Source of the DNA: Dehalococcoidia bacterium
GTDB lineage: Bacteria; Chloroflexota; Dehalococcoidia; Lucifugimonadales; SAR202-VII-2
DNA: 64,000 nucleotides
NCBI GenBank assembly: GCA_965226745.1
Contig: CBDDDS010000003.1
Span: 230,520-294,519, forward strand
Direction of reading: 5' to 3'
Translations under genes and position numbers: made by a program
In this document: positions 27,554-38,937 of the stretch, piece by piece
Layout of the letters: each line of letters starts with the position of its first letter
Numbering within the stretch: position 1 is the stretch's first letter
The notes under the pieces: model-generated
What the model saw: the letters and a program-made list of their open reading frames with translations, nothing else
The model's database searches: none
What the model was told of the DNA's origin: nothing

Positions 27554-28621
27554 GTGCGGATAATCGACTCGGATGCCCACGTCTTGGAGATCGAGAAGAC
27601 GTGGGACTACATGGACCCCTCGGTGCGCCAGTACCGGCCTCAGTTGGTGAGCGAGATGCTTGCCAGCGGAGAGGTGAGCAAGTCGTGGGCCATAGACGGC
27701 AGGTCCTTCCTTGCGCCGTACCCCGGCGGAGGGAAGTTCTCGATGCTGGGCCCCCACTCGGACAACGTGGCCCTCTCTGACGACTCGAAGTTTCTCCTGG
27801 ACGTCCAGGCGCGCGTTCGTCACATGGACGAGTTGGGCACCGACGTTCAGGTGCTCTACCCCACGATTTTCCTGTCGCCCATCTCTGAGAAGGCTGAGGT
27901 TGAGCACGGCGTGCGGAGGAGCTACAACCGCTGGCTGGCCGACGTGTGGGCGGAGAGCGGGGGGAGGTTGCGATGGGCGGCGGTGCTCCCGTTGTATGAC
28001 ATGGACGAGTCGTTGGAGGAGCTTCGCTTTGCCGTGGACCATGGCGCCTGCGCCATTTTCATGCGGGGCATCGAGCTTGGCGACCGGCTGCTCATCGACG
28101 AGTACTTCCACCCTCTGTACAACGCTCTCAGCGAGATCGACCTTCCAATGTGCGTCCACGCTGGGAATGGCAGCTTCGATATAGACCGCATATGGACGCC
28201 GCCCGACGCAACATTCGCCCGGGCCAAGTTTCCGGGCGTCAGTGCATTCCACCAGCTTCTGTACACGGGCATGATGGCCAAGTTTCCAGAGCTTCGCGTC
28301 GGGTTCGTGGAGTTGAGCGCCCAGTGGCTGCCCTACGTGATTCACGACCTGGAGCGCAGGGTGAAGCGCCGGGGCCGGGTGTGGAGCGACGACCCTCTGC
28401 GGGACAACCACATCTGGGTCGCTTGCCAGACCAACGACGACCATCAGACCATCATGCGGTACGTCGGGGACGACAACCTCGTCATTGGGACGGACTATGG
28501 CCACGCTGACACGTCGACGGAGATATACGCTCTCCAGGAGTTCCGCAAGAACGAGGGCCTTTCCGCGGACAGCATTCGCAAGATTCTGGACGACAATCCG
28601 GTAGCGCTCTACAGCCTGTAG
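27554..28621 (+). CDS. amidohydrolase-2 (TIM-barrel metal-dependent hydrolase/decarboxylase) family protein
   Basis: GTG start after GGAGGTGG. RIIDSDAHV and GTDYGHAD motifs. Paralog of 28643 and 30562. Confidence 0.8.
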   Translation: MRIIDSDAHVLEIEKTWDYMDPSVRQYRPQLVSEMLASGEVSKSWAIDGRSFLAPYPGGGKFSMLGPHSDNVALSDDSKFLLDVQARVRHMDELGTDVQVLYPTIFLSPISEKAEVEHGVRRSYNRWLADVWAESGGRLRWAAVLPLYDMDESLEELRFAVDHGACAIFMRGIELGDRLLIDEYFHPLYNALSEIDLPMCVHAGNGSFDIDRIWTPPDATFARAKFPGVSAFHQLLYTGMMAKFPELRVGFVELSAQWLPYVIHDLERRVKRRGRVWSDDPLRDNHIWVACQTNDDHQTIMRYVGDDNLVIGTDYGHADTSTEIYALQEFRKNEGLSADSIRKILDDNPVALYSL

Positions 28622-28642
28622 CCTGCTGAACCTGGAGGCGAC

Positions 28643-29716
28643 ATGCGGATCATCGACGCTGACGCCCACGTCCTCGAGACGATGGCGACCTTCGACTACA
28701 TGGACCCGTCGGAGCGCCAATACAGGCCGGAGATCATCGCAGACCCCGAGCCCGGACCTTCCGGCGACATCAAGAAGTGGTGGCTCATCGATGGGCGGCG
28801 GCGGGAGGCGCCATACCCCGGCGGCGGGACCGCTGCGCTGTTGGGGCCGTACACCGACGACATCGCGCTGGACGATGACGCCAAGTTCCTGTTGGACGTG
28901 CAGGCGAGGGTGCGTCACATGGACGAGCTGGGCACGGACATACAGGTGCTCTATCCAACCCTGTTCCTAGGGCCAATGACCGACAATCCAGACATCGACG
29001 TGGCGCTGCGCAAGAGCTATAACCGCTGGATGGCGGACGTGTGGGCGGAGAGCAAGGGCCGGCTGCGCTGGGCCGCGGTTCTGCCCCTGCTGAACATGGA
29101 CAGGGCCAGAGAGGAGTTGCGCTTTGCCCGGGACAATGGGGCCTGCGCGGTGATGGTGCGGGGCGTTGAGGCGAGCGATCGTCTTTTGGACGACCCGTAC
29201 TTCTACCCGCTCTACGAAGAGGCGAGCGACCTCGATTTGCCTATCTGCGTTCATGCCGGATGCGGCAGCTACGAGATGTCGCGCATCTGGGGCGGGTTCG
29301 ACCGCACGTTCGCAAGAGCCAAGCTGCCGGGTGTCAGCGCCTTCCACCTGATCCTGTACACGGGAATCCCGGATCGATTCCCCAAGCTGAAGTTTGGGTT
29401 CGTTGAGTTGAGCGCTCAATGGCTACCGTACCTGATGCACGATCTGCAGCGCCGGGTGGAGCGGCGGAACATGCCCTGGAAGGAGCGCCCACTGGCGGAC
29501 AACCGCATCTGGGTGGCCTGCCAGACCAACGACGACCACGAGACGATCATCCGCTACGTTGGGGACGATAACCTGACGATCGGCACGGACTACGGCCACG
29601 CCGACACCTCCACGGAGGTGATGGCCCTGCAGACCTTCAAGAACGAGGCGGGCCTTCCCCAAGAGACCATTCGCAAGATCCTCGACGACAACCCGGCGGC
29701 GCTCTACGGGCTGTAG
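28643..29716 (+). CDS. amidohydrolase-2 family protein (paralog 2)
   Basis: MRIIDADAHVLE and GTDYGHADTSTE. High similarity to its neighbours. Confidence 0.85.
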   Translation: MRIIDADAHVLETMATFDYMDPSERQYRPEIIADPEPGPSGDIKKWWLIDGRRREAPYPGGGTAALLGPYTDDIALDDDAKFLLDVQARVRHMDELGTDIQVLYPTLFLGPMTDNPDIDVALRKSYNRWMADVWAESKGRLRWAAVLPLLNMDRAREELRFARDNGACAVMVRGVEASDRLLDDPYFYPLYEEASDLDLPICVHAGCGSYEMSRIWGGFDRTFARAKLPGVSAFHLILYTGIPDRFPKLKFGFVELSAQWLPYLMHDLQRRVERRNMPWKERPLADNRIWVACQTNDDHETIIRYVGDDNLTIGTDYGHADTSTEVMALQTFKNEAGLPQETIRKILDDNPAALYGL

Positions 29717-29777
29717 ACGGCTGGTGTTGTCGTGGGGGCGCCATGCGACCACAAGGACCCATGAGCGTGGAGCTTCA

Positions 29778-30533
29778 ATGCAAAAGGTGCTGATAACCGG
29801 AGGCGCGGGACTCATCGGCTCCGCGGCGCGCCGGCTGCTGGCCGGCAAGTACGAGCTTTCGTGCCTCGACATCAAGGAAGTTGAGGGCATGCCTTCCCAT
29901 GTCGCCGACATCGGGGACCTCGATGCCATCATGCCCGCCTTCGAGGGCGTTGATGCCGTCGTGCACCTGGCCTTCCTCATCGAAGGGGCCTGGGAGGACA
30001 TGCTCCGCATCAACATCGCCGGGACGTACAACGTCTATGAGGCTGCGCGGCGCGCCGGGGTGAAGCGCATAGTGAGCGCCAGCAGCGGGACGGTGGTGCA
30101 GGGCTACAACCTGGACGAGCCCTACAAGTCGATCATTGCCGGGGACTACGACAACGTCCCTGAGAGTTGGCCATTGATGACCACCGACATGCCGTACAGG
30201 CCGGACCGCCTCTACGCCTGCACGAAGGTCTGGGTGGAGACGATAGCCCGTTACTACGCCGACGCGCATGATATTGCGTCGGTGTGCATCAGATTCGGAC
30301 GGGTGTGGGCGGAGGACAGGCCGCTCAGGGGGGCGCGGGACTACGCCCTGTGGTCGAGCCAGCGGGACGCGGTCCAGGGGATTCAGAGGAGCCTGGACAA
30401 CCCACCCGCCGATAAGTACATTGTCGTCAACATTGCCTCGAACAACAGATGGGGCACGATGGACCTGAGCTACGCCAAGCAGGTGATCGGGTTCGAGCCC
30501 CTGGATAGCGCAGACCCCTTCATTGGGGAGTAG
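29778..30533 (+). CDS. NAD-dependent epimerase/dehydratase family protein
   Basis: MQKVLITGGAGLIGS Rossmann motif, and YACTK catalytic Tyr-x3-Lys. Confidence 0.85.
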   Translation: MQKVLITGGAGLIGSAARRLLAGKYELSCLDIKEVEGMPSHVADIGDLDAIMPAFEGVDAVVHLAFLIEGAWEDMLRINIAGTYNVYEAARRAGVKRIVSASSGTVVQGYNLDEPYKSIIAGDYDNVPESWPLMTTDMPYRPDRLYACTKVWVETIARYYADAHDIASVCIRFGRVWAEDRPLRGARDYALWSSQRDAVQGIQRSLDNPPADKYIVVNIASNNRWGTMDLSYAKQVIGFEPLDSADPFIGE

Positions 30534-30561
30534 GGGAACATAGACACATTGGAGGTGCGCG

Positions 30562-31635
30562 ATGCCCATCATTGACTCTGACGCCCACGTCATCGAGATT
30601 GACGAAACATGGGAATACATGGACCCATCGGAACGCCATTTCAAGCCTGGCACGTCCTTCAAGACCATGGCGAACGGCGAGGTGATGAAGTACTGGATCA
30701 TCGGCGGGAGGGCCATGCGGACATCGTGGCCTGGGACTGGCGCCAACGACCAGAGCTTTGGCCTGTTCATCGGCAACGTTGGCCTGCCGGTGGAGTCAAA
30801 GTTCATGCTGGACGTTCAGGCCCGCGTGCGGCACATGGATGAGATGGGGACCGACTTGCAGGTGCTCTACCCCTCGCTGTGGACGGGTCCGATAACGACC
30901 AATCCCGCAGAGGAGGTGGCCCTGTGCCGCAGCTACAATCGCTGGATGGCGGACATTTACGCGCAGGGAAAGGGCCGCTTCCGTTGGTCGGCGGTGATAC
31001 CGACGCTGGACCTGGAGGAGGCGGAGCGTCAACTGCGATTCAGCAAGGACAACGGTGCCGTGGCCATCAATCTGCGGGGGGTGGAAACGGGCAACCGCCT
31101 CATTCACGACCCCTATTGGTATCCTCTGTTCGAGTGGGCCGGGGAGTTGGACATGCCCATCTGCCCCCACTCTGGGACGGGCAGTTTCGAGGTTGACACC
31201 ATCTGGGACGACCCGTTGACTGCGTTCGAGCGCAACAAGTTCAGCGGTCTTTCTGCGTTCCACACCCTGTTGATGACGGGGATTCCAGACAAGTTCCCCA
31301 AGACCAAGTGGGGCATCATTGAGTTCAGCGGGGACTGGATCCCCTACCTGTTCAACGACATCCAGCGGCGCCTGGAGCGGCGGGGCGGCAAGATGAAGGA
31401 GAGGCCGCTGGCCGACAACAACATCTGGGTGACGATACAGCTCAATGACGACCTGGAGCAGATCTACAAGTACGCCGGAGACGATCGGCTGCTGATTGGG
31501 ACGGACTATGGCCATTCCGATTCGTCTACGGAGATCTACGCGCTTCAGACGTTTCTCAAGGATGAGCGGATGAAGCCGGAGAGCCGGTCGCGGATTCTGT
31601 GGGACAACGCGTTAGAGTTCTACGGCATCGAGTGA
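30562..31635 (+). CDS. amidohydrolase-2 family protein (paralog 3)
   Basis: MPIIDSDAHVIE and GTDYGHSDSSTE. Confidence 0.85.
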   Translation: MPIIDSDAHVIEIDETWEYMDPSERHFKPGTSFKTMANGEVMKYWIIGGRAMRTSWPGTGANDQSFGLFIGNVGLPVESKFMLDVQARVRHMDEMGTDLQVLYPSLWTGPITTNPAEEVALCRSYNRWMADIYAQGKGRFRWSAVIPTLDLEEAERQLRFSKDNGAVAINLRGVETGNRLIHDPYWYPLFEWAGELDMPICPHSGTGSFEVDTIWDDPLTAFERNKFSGLSAFHTLLMTGIPDKFPKTKWGIIEFSGDWIPYLFNDIQRRLERRGGKMKERPLADNNIWVTIQLNDDLEQIYKYAGDDRLLIGTDYGHSDSSTEIYALQTFLKDERMKPESRSRILWDNALEFYGIE

Positions 31636-31795
31636 GGCCGGCGTTGGACACTGCGCTATGAGAAAGGCGGGCACCAGCGCCCGCCTTCTTCATGGCGCAG
31701 CAGCGTTGCCTGCTTTCCTGCGTTCTTCATCGTTCGATTGCATGGTGGTTGTCGGCGGCGGGCGAGATGGGGAAGTCCCTACATAAGGCGGTGTT

Positions 31796-32560
31796 ATGAA
31801 GCGCTCTCTGGCCATTGTGGCTGGCGTCTTGGTTCTAGCAGTTGCGGCCTGCGGCGGGGCCAATCCGACGGCGGCGCCGGATGAGGCGGCGCCCCCGGAG
31901 GCAACGGCTGTTCCCACGTCCACGGAGGGCGCGCCGGCGGTGGGTGAGACGGCCGCCGTCGCGTCAACCCCGGAGTCTCCTACGCCCACGGCCGTCGATT
32001 CCGCGGGGCAGGAGGAAGGACCCAGACAGACGGGTGAGGTTGAGGGGACTACCTTCGTGGTCAGCGAGGGTTCGGAGGCCACGTTCACAGTGGAGGAGCA
32101 GCTTCAGCGCCTTCCTCTCCCCAATGACGCGGTCCTCCGCACGACTGCCCTGTCGGGGGAGGTGCGGTTGGACGGCGGCGCCTCCATCATCAGCATTGAC
32201 CTCCACGAGCTTTCAAGCGACCAGCAGTTCCGGGACAGGTACGTCCGCACCGCGATGTTCCCCAACGATCCGATTGCCACTTTCACGGTGGACAACGTTG
32301 GGCCCCTGCCCAGCGGCTTCACCGACGGCGACGCGGTGTCCACCCAGGTCAGCGGCGCCCTCACGGTGAGAGGGGTTGAAGTACCTATAACCTTCGACAT
32401 AGAAGCGCGGGACGATGGGGACGTTGTGCACGCAGTGGGGAGGACTCAATTCACGTGGGACCAGTTGAGCATCAAGGCGCCCACGGCCCTCTCGGTGGTG
32501 TGGGTGGCGGAAGAGGTGAGCGTGGAAGTCCTCCTTACCCTGAGGCCGGCGGACTCCTAG
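31796..32560 (+). CDS. YceI family lipoprotein
   Basis: Lipobox LAVAACGG with an A/P/T-rich linker. YceI-like core (LSGEVRLDG..., VSGALTVRGVEVPITFDIEAR). Confidence 0.7.
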   Translation: MKRSLAIVAGVLVLAVAACGGANPTAAPDEAAPPEATAVPTSTEGAPAVGETAAVASTPESPTPTAVDSAGQEEGPRQTGEVEGTTFVVSEGSEATFTVEEQLQRLPLPNDAVLRTTALSGEVRLDGGASIISIDLHELSSDQQFRDRYVRTAMFPNDPIATFTVDNVGPLPSGFTDGDAVSTQVSGALTVRGVEVPITFDIEARDDGDVVHAVGRTQFTWDQLSIKAPTALSVVWVAEEVSVEVLLTLRPADS

Positions 32561-32564
32561 GACG

Positions 32565-33089
32565 ATGAAGCCAGACGCTGCGCCGAGCGAGCGGCCGGTC
32601 CGGGCGGGGGTGTTCTCAGGCGCAGTTGCCGCGATCGTTGGCTCACTGGCGCAGTTGCCGCTTCATGCCCCTTCGGACACGCTGTTCAACAGCGGTACGG
32701 TGATGGCCGCGGCGCTGGCGGCGGGGCTTGCGGGCGGGGTGCTCTGGAAGGTGTTGCGGCGCTACCACAACCGCTTGTTGGTGTTTGCGGCTGCGTGGCT
32801 GGCTGCGTTCTTGGGCGCCGTTCTTGTTGCCTTCCTCAGCGAGACGCAGTTGGACCGCTCGCTCTCCTTCATCGCGCCCCTGGCGGCCGTCGTGCTGGGG
32901 ATCACCGGCGCGGGCACGGTGGCGCTGGCGCGCGCTGCTGCAATGCGGCGGTGGGCGTTGGTGGCGGCGGCGCTGGCGGTGGCTGTTGGCGTGGGTGTTG
33001 GGCTGGTGGGGCAGGGAGATGCAGAGAGCGGCCGGTTAGAGCTGCCGCCCCGGCAGGTTGACGCCGGTATCGAGCGGGGGATGACCTGA
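32565..33089 (+). CDS. hypothetical membrane protein
   Basis: 174 aa with four or so hydrophobic A/L/G/V-rich segments. Adjacent to the YceI gene. Confidence 0.45.
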   Translation: MKPDAAPSERPVRAGVFSGAVAAIVGSLAQLPLHAPSDTLFNSGTVMAAALAAGLAGGVLWKVLRRYHNRLLVFAAAWLAAFLGAVLVAFLSETQLDRSLSFIAPLAAVVLGITGAGTVALARAAAMRRWALVAAALAVAVGVGVGLVGQGDAESGRLELPPRQVDAGIERGMT

Positions 33090-33099
33090 AGACAGGCGT

Positions 33100-33210
33100 G
33101 GGAAGGGAGCAAGTGTTGGGGATGACGCTCCTCCCTTCCCACGGCTACGGAGGAAGGGAGGAGCGGATTCTTCTGCTTTGCGCTTGTAACAACTTCCCTG
33201 GGAAGTACGC
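33100..33210 (-). terminator. post-stop element between convergent genes
   Basis: GTACTTCCCAGGGAAGTTGTTACAAGCGCAAAGC after the stop of 33211. Hairpin CGCTCCTCCCTTCC / GGAAGGGAGGAGCG. Confidence 0.55.
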
Positions 33211-34407
33211 CTAGCCGCCGTAGAGGGCCATAGGCGCGACGAGGAGCTCGTCCCTGGGGAAGTTGTCGAGGAGTTGAGGCCCGTCCTTAGTGACGACGAC
33301 CATGTCCTCAATGCGGACGCCGCCGACGCGCTGGACGCCCTGGCGGCTCTCTACGGCAATGACCATGCCCTCCTGGAACTCCTGTGGGTGGTCGAAGGAC
33401 CACTGGCGGTTGATGATGGGCATGTCGTAGCCGCCGCGGCCGCCGAGGCCGATGCCGTGGCCGATTTCGCTGCACAGCACCTCCACTTCCTCGTCGTAGC
33501 CCCATGACGATGCCGGGGGGAAGTGCTTTGCGGCGTCGGCGGTGGTGTTGCCGGGCTTGATCTCGCTGATAACGCCGTCGACGACGTCCATGAGCTGCTT
33601 GTACCAGTCCTTCTCGCGCTCGGTGGGCTTGCGCCCGATGATGAAGGAGCGGTAGGTGCAGCTTCCGTAACCGAGATAGGTAATGCCGCAGAGGGACCCG
33701 TAAAGGAGGTCGCCAAACTGGAGAATGCGGCTGCTGGTCTGGAAGCCGCGATCGAAGGTCATGGGGCCGCTGCGCCAACCGCCTGGGACGGCGAACTCGG
33801 CGCCGGCTTCGTAACCGGCGGCGACAGCGATGGCGCCAAGCTGGTTGTCCCGGATGCCGGGCTTGGCGTTCTCCCATACCTTCCACCACATGCCGTCGAC
33901 AATGGCTGAGAGGATGCGGAAGCAGTTGATCTCGTCCTCATTCTTGATGGCGCGGGCTTCGAGCAGCATGTTCCGGGTGTCAACGAGGTTGGTGACGCCA
34001 GCGTCGATGAGGGCCTGACGAGCGAACCCGTCAAGACCGCCAACGGCGACCCGTTCCTTGAGGAGGCCCCGCTTTTCCAGTTCCATGCTGATGTCCGCGG
34101 CGTGGGCCTTGGCCTCGTCGGCGATGGCCCCGAGGCCGGGTGAGCCGGCGAGCCAGGAGCGGCCGGGGCGCCATTCCTTGATCCAGGTGGCCTGGTCGGG
34201 CATCTGGTGATACCAGCCGCTGTGCTCGTACATGATGGTGTCGCCCTCGGCGAAGAAGAGGCAATAGCGGCAGCCGGGCATTTCGAAGCCGCGGGTGGAG
34301 GTGAGGTAGCGGAGGTTGCCGGGCGTGCCTTCGAGGATGACGGCGACCTCGTATTTGCGCATGACCTGGCGGGCTCTGGCCTCGCGGTGTTGGCGCATAC
34401 GCTCCAT
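33211..34407 (-). CDS. M24 family metallopeptidase (Xaa-Pro dipeptidase/creatinase-like)
   Basis: 398 aa. Creatinase N-domain plus pita-bread fold (HGIGLGG, VIAVESR, GVRIEDMVVVT). Confidence 0.85.
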   Translation of the reverse strand: MERMRQHREARARQVMRKYEVAVILEGTPGNLRYLTSTRGFEMPGCRYCLFFAEGDTIMYEHSGWYHQMPDQATWIKEWRPGRSWLAGSPGLGAIADEAKAHAADISMELEKRGLLKERVAVGGLDGFARQALIDAGVTNLVDTRNMLLEARAIKNEDEINCFRILSAIVDGMWWKVWENAKPGIRDNQLGAIAVAAGYEAGAEFAVPGGWRSGPMTFDRGFQTSSRILQFGDLLYGSLCGITYLGYGSCTYRSFIIGRKPTEREKDWYKQLMDVVDGVISEIKPGNTTADAAKHFPPASSWGYDEEVEVLCSEIGHGIGLGGRGGYDMPIINRQWSFDHPQEFQEGMVIAVESRQGVQRVGGVRIEDMVVVTKDGPQLLDNFPRDELLVAPMALYGG

Positions 34408-34735
34408 GTTGATGCGGTCCTACCAGTCGGCAATCCAGGGCCCGAACGTGAGTTTGGGCAGCATGTCCACCATAGTTTCCTCCAAGGGTGAGCTAGGGAT
34501 CGGCGGTGGCTCGCAGGCTACCGCCTGCAAATCGCCGCGATTGTATGCCTGGGTTAGGGGGGGTGCAAGGCAGGGGCGCGGCGCACCGCTGGAGAGGGCG
34601 GCGCTGGCGAGGAGGCGACGGCGGCGCTGGGGTGCTCATACCGTAGGGCCGCTACGCAGAGAGCGACCTTGGGAAGACGGGCATCGCCGCTTGCCCATCT
34701 TCCCAAGGCCGGGGACGTTCTATTCGCGTGTGGGT

Positions 34736-36763
<2,028 letters not shown>

Positions 36764-37089
36764 TGGGGAACCTCAACCTTCGAGTATGGGTCCGCGGAGC
36801 ATGTCACTAACGTCTGCGGCGGCTAGGGCGGTGAGGAAGGGTCGGAGAGGGGACGGCAAACAGGCCGCCCGTGACTTTCCCGCCTGCGCGATACCGCTTG
36901 GAACTGTACCACCAGGCGAAGGAATTCGTCAAGGAGCAATGGGGGCGGGCGCGTGGGCGCCGTGGGTGGCAAGGCGCCTGGGCGCCGCTCGCTCCGCCCC
37001 TACGGAAATGGTAGGAGTTGTGGGAGAAGGATCTCCGTCAGGGGGGCCGCCTGAGGGGACTGAGCCGCTAGTCTGGCGGGCCGGATGGG

Positions 37090-38229
37090 CTAATGGCGCC
37101 GTGCTCGCCGAACGAGAACAAAGAGTATTGCAAGGGCCAGGACCCAAACCGGGCTGTATATGCCCAGCCAGATACCGATTCCGGCCAGCCGCTGTCCAAA
37201 GTCGCTGAGGGAGCGGAGGGCCGAGCGTCCCGTGCTGGAGGGGCTCCACCCCTGTTGGAGGATCGGCTCGGTGGGGTTGAGGAATATGGTGATTGCGGCT
37301 GTCTCCGAGGTATGTTCCAGGAGTTGCATCTGTCCCTGGAGACGCTCGATGTCCTCGCGGACCTGGAAGAGGCGGTTCTGGACTTGGAGGGCCTCGTCCA
37401 CGTTTTTTGCGTCCTGAAGCAGCTCCAGGTACTGGCTCTCGGCGGCCTGCCAGTTCCGCAGGCGGGACTCCAGGTCCACGTACTGCTCGGTGACGTCTTC
37501 GTTGGTGGTCTCTTCTCTCTCCACCTCTAGGGCGAGGGCGCTGAAGGTCTTCCTGGCATCGTCGAAGGTCTCCACCGGCACCCGCACCGTCAGCCTAGCT
37601 GAGTCGCTGCCGTCGCGGAAGGAGGAGACGACGTAGCCGTCCATTTGCCGGGTGTGCTCCACGAGGCTTTCCAGGGCCGCGTCGACATCGCCGACGCGGA
37701 GCCAGAGGATGCTCTGGTAGACAATCATGCGCTGGTCGTAAGGGTCGGCGAGCACCAGCGCAGAGCGAGCGGGACGGGCGGCGAGGAACGCGGCGTCCGG
37801 GTCCGTTGTCACCATCCAGCGGCCATCGGCGTTCGAATTGAGATCGACGGCCAACAGTCCCGATGTCCCGGGCTCTCCGCGCGGACCCAGCTGCCCCGGC
37901 AGCATGGCCGAATCTTCCCTTCCGGGCCCCAGGGTTGAAACGTCCGGGTTCCAGGGCGAGGTGACGGCGAGGGTGATGGCGATAGTTGCCAACGTCAGAG
38001 TGGCAATCGAGGCTGCGGCTCCCAGGGGCCGCCACTGCCACGGCGGGGATAGGAGGCGGCGCAGCCTGGCCCATATGCTCCGCGGCTCTCTTTCATTCAC
38101 TTGGGCATTTATCCGGGCTGCAACGTGTTGCCAGAGGCCGGCGGGGGCCCTGAGGCTGGCCGCCCGGTGCTGGAAGTATGCCTCCAGCCGCCCCTCCAGA
38201 TCTGCTTCGGAAGAGGGTTGATGTTCCAT
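37090..38229 (-). CDS. DUF4349 domain protein, probable anti-sigma partner
   Basis: Starts 3 nt after the ECF sigma gene. One TM segment, then a DUF4349-like coiled region (TEQYVDLESRLRNWQAAESQYLELL...) and C-terminal TM helices. Confidence 0.6.
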   Translation of the reverse strand: MEHQPSSEADLEGRLEAYFQHRAASLRAPAGLWQHVAARINAQVNEREPRSIWARLRRLLSPPWQWRPLGAAASIATLTLATIAITLAVTSPWNPDVSTLGPGREDSAMLPGQLGPRGEPGTSGLLAVDLNSNADGRWMVTTDPDAAFLAARPARSALVLADPYDQRMIVYQSILWLRVGDVDAALESLVEHTRQMDGYVVSSFRDGSDSARLTVRVPVETFDDARKTFSALALEVEREETTNEDVTEQYVDLESRLRNWQAAESQYLELLQDAKNVDEALQVQNRLFQVREDIERLQGQMQLLEHTSETAAITIFLNPTEPILQQGWSPSSTGRSALRSLSDFGQRLAGIGIWLGIYSPVWVLALAILFVLVRRARRH

Positions 38230-38231
38230 GG

Positions 38232-38774
38232 CTATGATCCTCCGGTGGGAGGTTGTTCCTCCAATGCAGTCCGCATGTGCTGCAATGCCCGGTGCAAACG
38301 GGACTTGACCGTCCCCTCTCGAGTCCGCAGGACTTCAGCGATTTCAGCCAGTGAGAGGCCGGTGAAGAACCGAAGCAGGACAACCTGCCGGTGCTCGTTG
38401 GACAGACACCTCAGGGCTTGTTCCACTTGCTCCTTGTTGGAGACCCAGTGCGCCACGTCATCGGGTCCGGCCGGGTCCTCTTGGGCCGGGTCGTCGAGGG
38501 AAGCAGCAACGATATGGCCTCTGCGCCGCTCGCTGAGCACCCGGTTGACGAGGATGCGCACCAGCCAGGGCTTGACGGGCCGGTCGTTGTTGAAGCCTCC
38601 CAGCCCACGCCAGGCGGAGACGAAGGCTTCCTGGACATGCTCCTCGGCAGTCGCGGCGCTTCCCGTCATCAGGTAGGCGGCGCCGTAGAGGATGTCTTTG
38701 TACTGCTCGACCAGGTGGCGGAAGGCGTCCAGTTCGCCTGCCTGGCAGCGACGCACGGCCTCGGCGTCGTTCAT
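38232..38774 (-). CDS. ECF-type RNA polymerase sigma-70 factor
   Basis: 180 aa, with region 2 (FRHLVEQYKDILYGAAYLMTGS) and region 4 (LSLAEIAEVLRTREGTVKSRLHRA). Confidence 0.9.
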   Translation of the reverse strand: MNDAEAVRRCQAGELDAFRHLVEQYKDILYGAAYLMTGSAATAEEHVQEAFVSAWRGLGGFNNDRPVKPWLVRILVNRVLSERRRGHIVAASLDDPAQEDPAGPDDVAHWVSNKEQVEQALRCLSNEHRQVVLLRFFTGLSLAEIAEVLRTREGTVKSRLHRALQHMRTALEEQPPTGGS

Positions 38775-38937
38775 GTAGCTCCCGGTGGAGGCGTCCGCTA
38801 TGGGCCTGTTATTAAAGAATACGCCGGTGAGGTGGGAAAGGTTCCACGGCGGAGGACAAGGGGGACGCGCAGGGGGCCGGGCGTTGCTGCTTCAGACCGG
38901 GGAACTCCGGCCGGAATGGCGAGAAGGGTGGGGGGCG

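Noticed and set aside
27419-28918. 499-aa minus-strand ORF, with similar ones at 29775-30806 and 30796-31515
   Set aside because: These are antisense to the amidohydrolase and epimerase genes, which have clear family motifs. The translations are R/P/H/V-rich with no recognisable domains.
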